A DNA stretch of 64,000 nt, taken from contig OZ116698.1 of NCBI GenBank assembly GCA_964199315.1, positions 5,828,001 through 5,892,000 on the forward strand. The letters run 5' to 3'. Within the stretch, counting starts at the first letter, position 1. Every line of letters begins with the position of its first letter. Made by a program: the position numbers and the translations under genes. This DNA comes from Orbicella franksi (taxonomy: Eukaryota). Below, one piece after another: positions 11,656 to 22,832 of the stretch. The notes beneath the pieces were generated by a model. That model saw nothing but the letters and a program-made list of their open reading frames with translations, searched no databases and was not told the DNA's origin.

Positions 11656-12151
11656 AGCGTATGTTACAGTTACCTTATATTTTAGCCATGCGTTGTTATA
11701 TTTCTGTAGTATTTTTCCAACGAAACCAGATGTCGTTCTATACTCAAGTAAAACTGGCAAAGCCGCACACTGTAGCACTATCTATGTAACCGTATTATTA
11801 CGTACGAGATGGCCTCAGCTAAAAGCCTGGTGATTTCTGGTCACCTCGCCATACATTGAAACATATATAAATAATTACTATATTAGGTAAAAAGGCAAAT
11901 AAACAGAATGAATGAATAAGCGCATTCTCCTCAATGGCGCTTTTCGGGTTAACATAGAAGTCATAGATAAATATATATTTCAAAGTCAAATTTGTTACTC
12001 CTTAGCTTGACCAAGGACTGTATATATTATATCTTGCAATCAAACTGTCGTTTTCTCATATAAATAGCTATAGTTCAAGTATTAAATTATTCTTGCTTAC
12101 AGCCATGAGTCTCTTTACCGTCCTTGGTAAACAACTCTCTCCGTGGACGGC

Positions 12152-13561
12152 CTATGTTTGCTGAATATCGACGCTTTGGGATCGAAAATGAACAATATTA
12201 TGAAATTTGATTTTACGTAAGCAATTTCCAAACAAAGTTTTAAATCCATTTCGAAACTTCTGGTTAAAGGTAAGATAAATGTATGGATTGAGTCCACTAT
12301 AAGCAAATGCTACTAGAAAAAGACATAAAAACAGAATAGTTGGCTCCAACTCATCTTTTGGAACATCAAAATGGTAGAGGCCATTTCCTACAAAAAAGGG
12401 AAGGAAACACAGCACATATACAACCACAACAGTTATCATCATCCGGGTAACTTTTCTGGCTGTTTTCATGGCTTCAGCTTGTCTTTGATTCTGATTGGTT
12501 CCTTCTCCTGGTACCTCACGTGACCAAAGTTTGTGACAAACAATGATGTAAAGAACTGCTGTTATGAAAAGAGGCAGGACAACATTCAAAGAAACAGTCA
12601 AAATATAAAATGTTATCCATTTTTGTACGGTATAAACTACATCACAAACATAGTCATGTTTGGTTTTGTGCAAGCTTCCTCTAATGGAGACTTCTATGGA
12701 ACAAACAACGGACCAACTCCACAATATTACGATTATCTTTTTAAAATGTCGAGATAAAGGCGAGGACCGGAAAGGTCGAATAACAGCGTAAAAGCGATCA
12801 ACAGCGATGGTTGGGAGAATCCAAATTGTAAAGATGGTCGGAATAAACAAGCTCGCTAGAAATAACTTGCAAGTGATCAGACCTACAATGCCTTCTAACC
12901 AGCGTTTTCTGACAAGATGAGATGAAATATTTAGTGATTCCATCAATGTTCTGTAGAGATCAGCGCAGGCTTGATTCAAAATCAAATAATTGGTAGTGTT
13001 CTTCATGGAGTTATCTGTTCGTATAATGTGAATGATAACTGAATTGCCGAATAATGACGCGGCAAATACAATGACGTACGCAGCAGTTATCAGACCATGT
13101 ATAAGATGGATATCTGTTTCCCCCGGAGCACTGTTCTCATTCCCTGTAAAGAACAATATTGAAAAATATCCGTGATATACGCTGAAATATGACTGACAGA
13201 CGTGGCTAATTATAGTGAATATGATGCTAAATGCTACGGAAACCGGGATAAACGCAGCAGTAAGGGACTCAATTTATGCAAAAACTATTTTTGGCATCTA
13301 TAGCCAAAGGCCTGAAACATTGACTATACCGCGTCCCTTTTCAAGGACCGACATTTCGTAACATCGCACACGGCATTGACGAAAGTTAACTTAAGAAATA
13401 CATACTGCTTTTAACGTAACATGTAGGAATGACTAAGTGAACACTAAATCGAGAGTAATTATAAACACTAAATTATTACCTGTACATGGAATATCACTTC
13501 TTCTGTTAAGATCAGGTTGCATGTCGAGGCCACTGCAATTTGTACCACTCTTCAACTTCAT
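12152..13561 (-). CDS. Class A GPCR copy 2 (neuropeptide-receptor-like), intact, two exons, ~357 aa
   Basis: Exon 1 13561-13480 (MKLKSGTNCSGLDMQPDLNRRSDIPCT) joins in phase 1 to exon 2 13143-12152. Seven hydrophobic helices; DRF, CFLP and NPYIY motifs; Cys in TM3 and ECL2. Confidence 0.93.
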
Positions 13562-14721
13562 CTCACTCACAAGAAGTTCTTTATATGTTTTCTATAATTA
13601 AAAATCAGGCCAGGTTTAAAACACTTTTTCAATCGAAAACCTCGTCTTTGGACATCCAAGCTGAACATCACAACTTGCTCAGAGCTGAACAGTGCGCCCA
13701 AGCATGACTCAATTTATTTAAAGGTGTACTTGGTGAGGTAAGATTATTACAAACTTTTGGGAGGAAACAGAATGATTCCGTTTACGGCTTGTTTTAATGA
13801 AACTGACCGGTTGTTAATGACTTTTTCCTTAATTCACTGTAGGCGCGCCCTACTAAAGCTGTTTAATAGTAAAATCGTGCGAAGGAAGCCTTTTTTATGC
13901 TTTAGCTACAACTTCCTGCAAGGCCTTATCAAACATTTACTTCCCACTGTTTTTGGATATCTCTGTAACAACTTACATTATTTTATCCTTGATCTTCTAT
14001 GTTGTTACTCAATGCTTGATCTTCGCCTCACCAAAAGACTGCATTGGGTCTATAATTTGGTTTCTCGTTTTTGCCGTTTTTTCGTATCTATTATCCATCC
14101 ATCCTTGACGCAAAACACCTAAGCTTCAATTATCAATGACCAATGGAGAGTGCTTTGAGAGACCAAATATCGGGCTTTAATTTTTATCAGTACTGTATAT
14201 TGTACTACACTGTTAGTAAGAGATAATATTTTCCATTTGATTTAAAAGTTTTCTCAATGAAACCTGTTGGCTCCTTTATTTTGATGGACATAGTCATTTG
14301 AAGGTCAGGAAAGAGTCGTTGTTTTACTTTCTTAAATCCAATATTAAAGAAAAAAAACATCAATTAAAAGCAGGTGTTTTATGGGGATGGCCTTGTCACA
14401 TTCATAGCCCAAGGAGATTTCACACCCAATGGAGTTCGTACCAAGATGTTGAGCAAGTTTGGCCACAGCATTCACTTCACGCTTAAAAGTGAAATAATCA
14501 ATATTTTCACCTTTAAGAGTAGTTATTTTAATTTTGGTATCTGGTAGACTGTAATGTTTTTTTTTAACGCAGTCTTACTTCTTGATAGACTAGGGCAGAT
14601 AAGGGAGCGAACTTTGGCTGTCGACCTCTCAAAAATATGTGGTGCGAACTCGGGCGGTGCGAAGTCGATTGGGTGCTCGATGAAACTCGATGAAACCGAG
14701 CACGTTTTGACTTAATATAAG

Positions 14722-15067
14722 TTTAAGTTTAAGTTTAAGTTTAAGTTTAATAATACTTTGTCATGCTAGTACAAGTAAATAAATCACAGAAATTACAAAA
14801 AGTACATGACTGGAGAATAATTGGGGGAACTAAATTCCCATACAAAGAATATTCTCCGATATTAAACATTCTAAAGAAATTAAGAAGTGAAATTCAAAAT
14901 TTAAGTGCGGCCCAAAACTAGCCTAAGTAAATTGCATACTAAAATTGACACTAAAAATTATGAAATAAGATTTAAATACGGCCCAAAGCTGACCTAATTG
15001 AATTGCGTACATGTCACTCACGAGTGACACCTGATTTAAAATTGACACAAATGATCTAATAGACAGG
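14722..15067 (-). mobile_element. Probable truncated retroelement 3' end with an (AAACTT)n tail
   Basis: Insertion absent from the copy-1 upstream region. Tandem AAGTTT tail at 14719-14751, flanked by a duplicated TTAATATAA. A second copy lies at about 17045-17937. Confidence 0.45.
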
Positions 15068-15703
15068 ATTAATATAATTCATAATATGGTTAATTGTTTT
15101 TTTTACAGAAATTAAAATTTCATGAGAGTAATGAAAAAAAAAAATTATACAATGCGTGGTTCAATTCCACCTGTTAACATTCCCCCTCCGGCATATCCCC
15201 GTGGTTTCACATTTTTTTTATTCAACGGCCTATTCCCCGCCCCCGGGCTTTAAAAAGGAGAGACTTTCCCGCCCCCAGTACCCCCAACTACCTCAACTAT
15301 GTGCGTATGTGTACAAAACTAGGGGGCAATATTGGCTGCTGTTCAAAAGCCTAAACAGCATGTTCTGTCAAGCGCGCAACGCTTTTCTAGAGTTTATTGA
15401 AGGAACGATTCACAAGGAGTCCCCCAAGGGCTTTCTCCATCTACAACAGGAAAATGAAAGAATCCTAGAAATGGGCCGCTTTCATACCACCAAGCACTGA
15501 TTGGCAACTTGGAAAAACCTGAATGATTTTAAAAACAAGCATAACATAACATGTAAACATATTATATTAACATCACATTTCTTAACATGGAACACGGCAT
15601 CGACGAAAGTTTACTTTAGAAATACATATTACTTTTAACATAACATGTAAGAATGACTAAGTGAACACTAAATCGAGAGTAATTATAAACACTTAATTAT
15701 TAC

Positions 15704-15785
15704 CTGGACATGAAATATCACTTCTTCTGTTAAGATCAGGTTGCATGTCGAGGCCGCTGCAATTTGTACCAAACGTCAACTTCAT
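15704..15785 (-). other. Orphan duplicate of GPCR coding exon 1 (no exon 2 of its own)
   Basis: 82-nt open exon MKLTFGTNCSGLDMQPDLNRRSDISCP with intact ATG and donor CAG|GTAAT. Same length and phase as the three other exon-1 copies. Confidence 0.7.
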
Positions 15786-17286
15786 CTCGCTCACAAGAAG
15801 CTCTTTATATATTATCTATAATTAAAAATCAGGCCAGGTTTAAAACTTTGTTTTAATCGAAAACCTTGCCTTTGAGCATCCAAGCTGAACATCACAACAT
15901 GCTCAGAGCTGGAAAGCGAGCCCAAGCATAACTCAGTTTATTTAAAGGTGTACTTGGTGAGGTAAGATTATTAAAAACTTTTGCAAGGAAACAGAATGAT
16001 TCCGTTTACGGCTTGTTTTAATGAAACTGACCGGTTGTTAATGACTCTTTCCTTGATTCACTGTAGGCAGAATACAGACTGAGTAATTCAGGCATCCACA
16101 CGAAAGTCAAAATCTAGAAAGTCATTTTCCCGTCTTCAAAAGGCCAAACAGTGCGAGGTAAAATATGACACTAAGGCGCGCTCTACTAAAGCTGTTTAAT
16201 AGTAAAATCGTGCGAGGGAAGTCTTTTTTATGCTTTAGCTGCAACTTCCTGCATGGCCTTATCAAACATTTACTTGGCACTGTTTTTGGATATCTCTGTA
16301 ACAACTTACATTATTTCATCCTTGATGTTCTATGATCTTACTCAATGCTTGATCTTCGCCTCACCAAAAGACTGCATTGGGTCTATAATTTGGTTTCTCG
16401 TTTTTGCCGTTTTTTCGTATCTATTATCCATCCATCCTTGACGCAAAACACCTAAGCTTCAATTATCAATGACCAATGGAGAGTGCTTTGAGAGACCAAA
16501 TATCGGGCTTTAATTTTTATCAGTACTGTATATTGTACTACAGCTGTTAGTAAGAGATAATATTTTCCATTTGATTTAGAAGTTTTCTCAATGAAACCTG
16601 TTGGCTCCTTTATTTTGATGGACATAGTCATTTGAAGGTCAGGAAAGAGTCGTTGTTTTACTTTCTTAAATCCAATATTAAAGAAAAAAACATTAATTAA
16701 AAGCAGGTGTTTTATGGGGATGGCCTTGTCAAATTCATAGCCGAAGGAGATTTCACACCCAATGGAGTTCGTACCAAGATGTTGAGCAAGTTTGGCCACA
16801 GCATTCACTTCACGCTCAAAAGTGAAATAATCAGTATTTTCACTTTTAAGAGTAGTTATTTTAATTTTGGTATCTGGTAGACTGTAATGTTTTTTTAACG
16901 CAGTCTTACTTCTTGATAGACTAAGGCAGATAAGGGAGCGAACTGCGGTGGTCGGCTACTCAAAAATATGTGGTGCGAACTCGGACGGTGCGAAGTCGAT
17001 TGGGTGCTCGATGAAAACCGAGTACGTTGTGATTCAATATATGTTTAAGTTTAAGTTTAATAATACTTTGTCATGCTAGTACAAGTAAATAAATCACAGA
17101 AATTACAAAAAGTACATAACTGGAGAATAATTGGGGGAAACTAAATTCCCATAAAAAGAATATTCTCCAATATTAAACATTCTAAAAAAATTAAGAAGTG
17201 AAATTCAAAATTTAAGTGCGGCCCAAAACTAGTCTAATTAAATTGCATACTAAAATTGACACTAAAAATTATGAAATAAGATTTAA

Positions 17287-17840
17287 AGTGCCACTATGAT
17301 CAAATTCTCCATACCCATTTTTTTACATTTTCGCACACAATAGGTCTTTCCTAGATTTTTTGCCAAATTTCAATGTATTACGAACATTAGAACTCATGTC
17401 GTTTGGACCTTTATTTCCGAGAATTTACGGCCGCCATAAATTTTCCTTGTTCCAATTCTTGGTTGAGAATTTGAGAAAATGACGTCATTTTCTCAAAAAT
17501 ACCACACAGGTTGAAATTATAATAACAATTAGCACAGCAATTCGCATAAAGAGTAACAAAAACTTTGGCTCATATATTCGTGCAATTTTTTATATTAATT
17601 GTTATTATAATTTCAACCCGTGCGGTATTTTTGAGAAAATGACGTCATTTTCTCAAATTTTCAACCAAGACTTGGAACAAGGAAAATTAATGGCGGTCGT
17701 AAATTCTCGGAAATTAAGGTCCAGAAACCACGAGATTTAATGTCCGTAGAAAATTGAAATTTGGCAAGATATCTAGGAAAGACCTAATGTGTACGAAAAT
17801 GTAAAGAAATGGATATCGAGAATTTCATCATAGTGGCACT
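17287..17840. mobile_element. Fold-back (near-palindromic) Kolobok-type MITE
   Basis: TTAA|AGTGCCACTATGAT...ATCATAGTGGCACT|TAAA, with inverted arms of about 240 bp. The empty site atttaaatacgg is present in the sister block near 14970. Confidence 0.8.
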
Positions 17841-18489
17841 TAAAATACCGCCCAAAACTAACCTAATTAAATTGCATGCATGTCACTCACGAGTGACACC
17901 TGATTTAAAATTGACACAAATCATCTAACAGATAGGATTAATATAATTTATAATATGGTTAATTGCTTTTTTACAGAAATTAAAATTTCATGGGAGTAAT
18001 GAAAAAAAAATTATACAATGCGTGGTTCAATTCCACCTGCTAACATTCTCCCTCCGGCATATCCCCGTGGTTTCACATTTTTTATTCAGTGTCCTATTTC
18101 TCGCCCCCGGGCACGAAAAAGGAGACAATTCCCCGCCCCCAGGATTGCTATCTATCTCAACTATGTGCGTGTGTGTACAAAAGCAAGCGGCAATATTGGT
18201 TGCTACGCGATAGCCTAAACAGCATGTTCTTTCAAGCACGCAACACTTTTCTAGAGTTTATTGAACGAAGGATTTACAAGGAGTCCTCCAAGGGCTTTCC
18301 TCATCTATAACAGGAAATGAAAAGAATCCAAGAAATGGCCCGCTTTCATACCAACAAGCATCGATTGGCAACTTGGACAAACCTGAATGATTTAAAAAAC
18401 AAGTATAACATAATATATAAACATATTATATAAACATACCCCAACACAACACCACACCACAGCGCAGCACAACACACCACACCACCCCC

Positions 18490-18880
18490 AACTCCATTTA
18501 GTAAAAGGAGTTCCATTTAGAGTAGGCGGGAAAAATGGTTACTTTTGTTGCTAACGAAATGTGCCTCTCTGTCCACAAAATCTGCTCTTCGAGGTGGCTT
18601 GGCCCTTCGTCCGTGGCGCCATCACCTTGAATGAATTCTACCTCCCTGGGCACCTTTTCTGCTCGTGAAGAGTTTTTGATGATGAACATTTTGTTGAGAA
18701 AACATATGCAGGTCTAACATATGTTGTGTAAGGACTTCTCATGAATTCCAGTTGCTTTAACAATACATGCACAAGCTTCAGGTGTAGTTGACGTTTGCAT
18801 AAAGTTGTAAAAGGTTGTCTCCTTTGGTTTATTTTGAAGGATCTCCTCGAATATTGAGCCACATGAAATTTTGTTTCTTT
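18490..18880 (-). mobile_element. Second DIRS-like RNase H-region fragment
   Basis: Shares sequence with 9190-9410 (e.g. GGTTACTTTTGTTG.TAA.GAAATGTGCCTCT). Decayed translation includes EKSLHNI and KVPRE. Confidence 0.5.
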
Positions 18881-20635
18881 ATTTTGGCATTTCGTGCTCC
18901 TTAGTGAACGATTTTATGTCTAGTTCAGTGGGTTTTACTTCCCTATCGCTCGCTTTTAACCGGCGTTTGGCAACGTTTGGTAGCCGCGCAAGGCGACTGA
19001 TGGCGCGAAATGACGTCATCCATATCCTTACTAGTGAGAATATGGGTAATACGCCACTACGGTCCCGAATGTAAATTCGTATTAATTTTATGAGTGGTTT
19101 ATTTAACAAATAAAGAAGCCTAAGCCGTGTATTACGCTGTGATAAAACGCGACGGGCATTTGAGAGTTCAAGGGAATGTAGAAAACACGAGCCGCAGGCG
19201 ACTGTTTTCTACATTTCTTGAGTGTTCTCAAATGTCTGCAGTGTTTTATCACAGTGTAATACACGGCTTAGGCTTCCTCATTTGCTTTAGGATATAGAGG
19301 TAATGTGGCGAAAAACAATAAAACACGCCTTTTCTATGTTTTATACTCTGACAAAACATGGGTTTTTGACCAATCAGAGCACGCGCAGGGTTCTATCTAT
19401 ATTATAATTAACAATTAGATTATGAGCTCGAGATTTCTGTGAGGTGATAGTTGATGTGGCCGAAGGCCGCATCAACTATCACCTCATGGAAATCGAGAGC
19501 GAATAATCTAATTGTTTTAGTAGAATTCTTACTAAAATGTACTTCAACTAACGGTTTCCAATTATTTCTCGACGTACTATTAAACTTTGCGCCTTAAAAG
19601 GATCGCTGGGATTGAATTATCATTCAAAATTGAAGTTGTGTGCACGCGCGCATCAGTTTTTTAAATAATTTCAACTTTTTGAAAGTTATGATCAAGAAAC
19701 CGTAAATGGCCTTTGTTTAGCTTTCTCAGGAATTTAATTGTCCATTTGCATCAAAATTTTCCTCCAATACTTCGGAAAAACGAAAAAAACGTCGCCATTT
19801 TGCAAACGACCTCCAGCCACTGCACACTAATGGCTGATAGCGTTCAACGGCTCAGCCAATCAGATTACAGCATTTGCATTAGTATACTAATAGAATTTTA
19901 CTAATTTCCATTAGAAAATTTTCCTAAGAAAATGCGGGCGCTGATTCGTTAAAAATCGTGTTTCCGCCTATAATTCGATGGAAACACAGAACTAGCACGA
20001 GCTGTTGACGTAATGATGGCGCGAACAAAGAGAATTTACATTTTGATGATCAAAGTAAACAAGTTGTTTTTCCTTTTTTCGTCGCGGTGTTTTCTAAAAG
20101 AAATAGAAAACATGTTCTCCGTGGTTCTATCGAGTTTTAGTATAAATCTACTAGCGTTCTATCACGAATGCCGTTCTCTGGTTGGTTACGCTGCTCACTA
20201 TCTATTCTGTGATAGATAGTGAGTAGCGTAGCAGTGAGCCCTTGTTAACAAAATGACGGCCACTTCTTGGCGTATTCGAAGTGTCTGTGAAGAGGATTTA
20301 GAAAAAATTCGAACAACTAGTAGATTAATATTTACACGAAAACATTAGATTATTCTCTCTCGATTTTTATGCGTGATGGTTGACTCGGGCTGCGCCGTCA
20401 TCTACTATCACTCGATAGGAATCTCGAGCTCATAATCTCATCGTTTCATAGACACACTCGTGAAAGTTTTGGAGAACTCGAAAAAGCTATGGAAACACTC
20501 GCCTGCGGCTCGTATTCCCACGGCACTTCTCGTTCTCCCAAACTTCCACTCGTGTTTGTATAATTCGATAGAAACATGGTACATGTTTTCTATTTCTTAA
20601 TTAAAACACTCGTGTCTATATGATAAGAAAGATGA
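18880..20635. mobile_element. Nested pile of short palindromic non-autonomous elements
   Basis: Several hairpin cores (GAGCCGCAGGCGA 19189, GGCCGAAGGCCG 19458, CGCCTGCGGCTCG 20499). Inverted pairs 19407-19515 / 20342-20447 and 20095-20135 / 20560-20600. The outer element appears split between about 19100 and 20600. Confidence 0.6.
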
Positions 20636-20990
20636 TTGAAAAGTCGAGTTACGTCATGATAGCGTTCAACAGCAATCATCACAAGGATATGCTGAAAAGT
20701 AGCCGGGTCAAATAAGACGAAAAATGTTTAAACTTGCAGGTTGAAAGACCTCCTGTTCCTTCAAACAACACTTTGCAGTATCCATACATAGACATACATA
20801 CTTTATTATAAAGCTCTAATGTAAACATGCATTACCTCTATTGAAGCAATCCAAGCACAAGCTTGATTTAAGGTATTAGATTTGAGAGGCAGTAGCAAGG
20901 AATGATAAATATTTAGATACATCCATTAATACAGCCATTAATAAAATTGTCACTCGCCGATTCCATTCTTGTGGTAAACGCATTGTTGTT
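20636..20990 (-). pseudogene. Relic C of the older GPCR paralogue (TM2-TM3/ICL2)
   Basis: LNQACA ... TCKF ... ILVMIAVERYHDVTRLF, with frameshifts and a ~27-bp insertion. Cut off by the element pile. Confidence 0.7.
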
Positions 20991-21427
20991 ATCGTACGAG
21001 ATCATTTTTTTTTTTACCGACTTTGCAAGCAAGCGTATGTTTCCAGTCTTGGTCCTATATTACTGAAATGTAGATACGGTAAAATAGAGATCCGTTATAT
21101 TTTAGCCAAGCCGAGTTATATTGCTGTTAGAGTTTTATCAATGCATTCAAAAGTTGTTTTATACTCAAGCTGAGTATAAGTGCATTCTCTTCCACGGAGC
21201 TTTTCGGGTTCACAGTACATAGATACAATATACATTTTCAAAGTAAATTTATTACTCATTAGCTTAAGACCAAGGATTGTATACATTGCACCTGGGCAGA
21301 GTTATGCTTGTAAGTCAAACTGTCGTTTCCCATAGAATTTCTTATAGTTCAAGGATTGAATTTATTGTTGCTTATAGCCTTTAGTCTCTGTACCGCTGGT
21401 TGATAGACAATTCTCTCCGTGGACGGC

Positions 21428-22832
21428 CTATGTTTGCTGAAGCTCGACGCTTTGGGATCGAAAATGAACAATATTAGGAAATTTGATTTTACATAAGCAA
21501 TTTCCAAACAAAGTTTTAAATCCATTTCGGAACTTATCGTTAAAGGTAAGATAAACGCATGGATTGAGTCCATTATAAGCAAATGCTGCCAGAAAAAGAC
21601 ATAAAAATATAAGATCGGACTTATCCTCTACATAATCAAAATGGTAGAGGCTACTTCCTAAGGAAAAGGGAAATAAGCACAGCACATACAAAACCACTAC
21701 AGTTATCATCATCCGGGTAACTTTTCTCGCTGTTTTCATGGCTTCAGCTTGTCTTTGATTCTGATTGGTTCCTTCTCCTGGTATCTCACGTGACCAAAGT
21801 TTGTGACAAACAATGATGTAAAGAACTGCTGTTATGAAAAGAGGCAGGACAACATTCAAAGAAACAGTCAAAATATAAAATGTTATCCGTTGTTGCAGGA
21901 AATGAATTGCATAACAAAAATAGTCTTGTTTGTTTTTGTGCAAGCTTCCTGTAATAAAGACTTCTATCGAACAAGCAAAGGACCAACTCCACAATATTAG
22001 GATTATCTTTTTAAAATGTCGAGATAAACGCGAGGGTCGAAAAGGTCGACTAACAGCGTAAAAACGATCAACAGCAATGGTTGGGAGAATCCAAATTGTA
22101 AAGATGGTCGGAATAAACAAGTTCGCTAGAAATAACTTGCAAGTAATTAGGCCTACAATGCCTCCGAACCAGCGCCCTCCGATAAGATAAGATGAAATAT
22201 GTAGAGATTCCATCAATGTTCTGTAGAGATCAGCGAAGGCTTGATTCAAAATCAAATAATTGGTAGTGGTCTTCATGGAGTTATCTGTTCGTATAATGTG
22301 AATGATAACTGAGTTGCCGAATAATGACGCGGCAAATACAACGACGTACGCAGCATATATTAGACCCGGTATAAGCTGGATATCTGTTGCCGCCGCAGCA
22401 CCTTGCTCATTCCCTGAAAATAGCAAAATTGAAAAATGGCCGGCAGTGATATACGCTGAAATATAACTGAGTGACTTGGTTAATTATGGTAAATATGATA
22501 CTAAATGCTACGGAAACCGGGATGAACGCAGCAGTAAGGGACTCAATTTATGCAAAAATTATTTTCGGCATCTATAGCCAAAGGCCTGAAGCATGGGCTA
22601 CCACCTCCCTTTTCAAGGACCGACATTTCGTAACATTTAACACGGCATTTGCGAAAGTTTACTTTAGAAATACATATTACTTTTAACATAACATGTAAGA
22701 ATGACTAAGTGAACACTAAATTGGAGTAATTATAAACACTAGATTATTACCTGTACATGGAATATTAGTACTTCTGTTAAGAACAGGCTGCATGTCGAGG
22801 CCACTGCAATTTGTACCGGACGTGGAGTTCAT
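21428..22832 (-). CDS. Class A GPCR copy 3 (neuropeptide-receptor-like), intact, two exons, ~355 aa
   Basis: Exon 1 22832-22751 (MNSTSGTNCSGLDMQPVLNRSTNIPCT) plus exon 2 22413-21428. DRF, CLFP and NPCVY motifs; multiple N-glycosylation sequons in the N-terminus. Confidence 0.93.

Larger units (their letters stand above)
13351..18437. repeat. Recent tandem duplication of the GPCR intron end + exon 1 + upstream region (blocks 13351-15574 and 15575-18437)
   Basis: The two blocks align end to end at high identity, and the breakpoint lies inside the GPCR intron. The same upstream module also occurs at about 7330-8650 and 22750-23780. Confidence 0.9.

Noticed and set aside
15156-15500. Duplicated ORFs at 15156-15500 and 18018-18310 as genes
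   Set aside because: They lie in the duplicated non-coding module over MITE fragments, and the frames are not conserved between the two copies.
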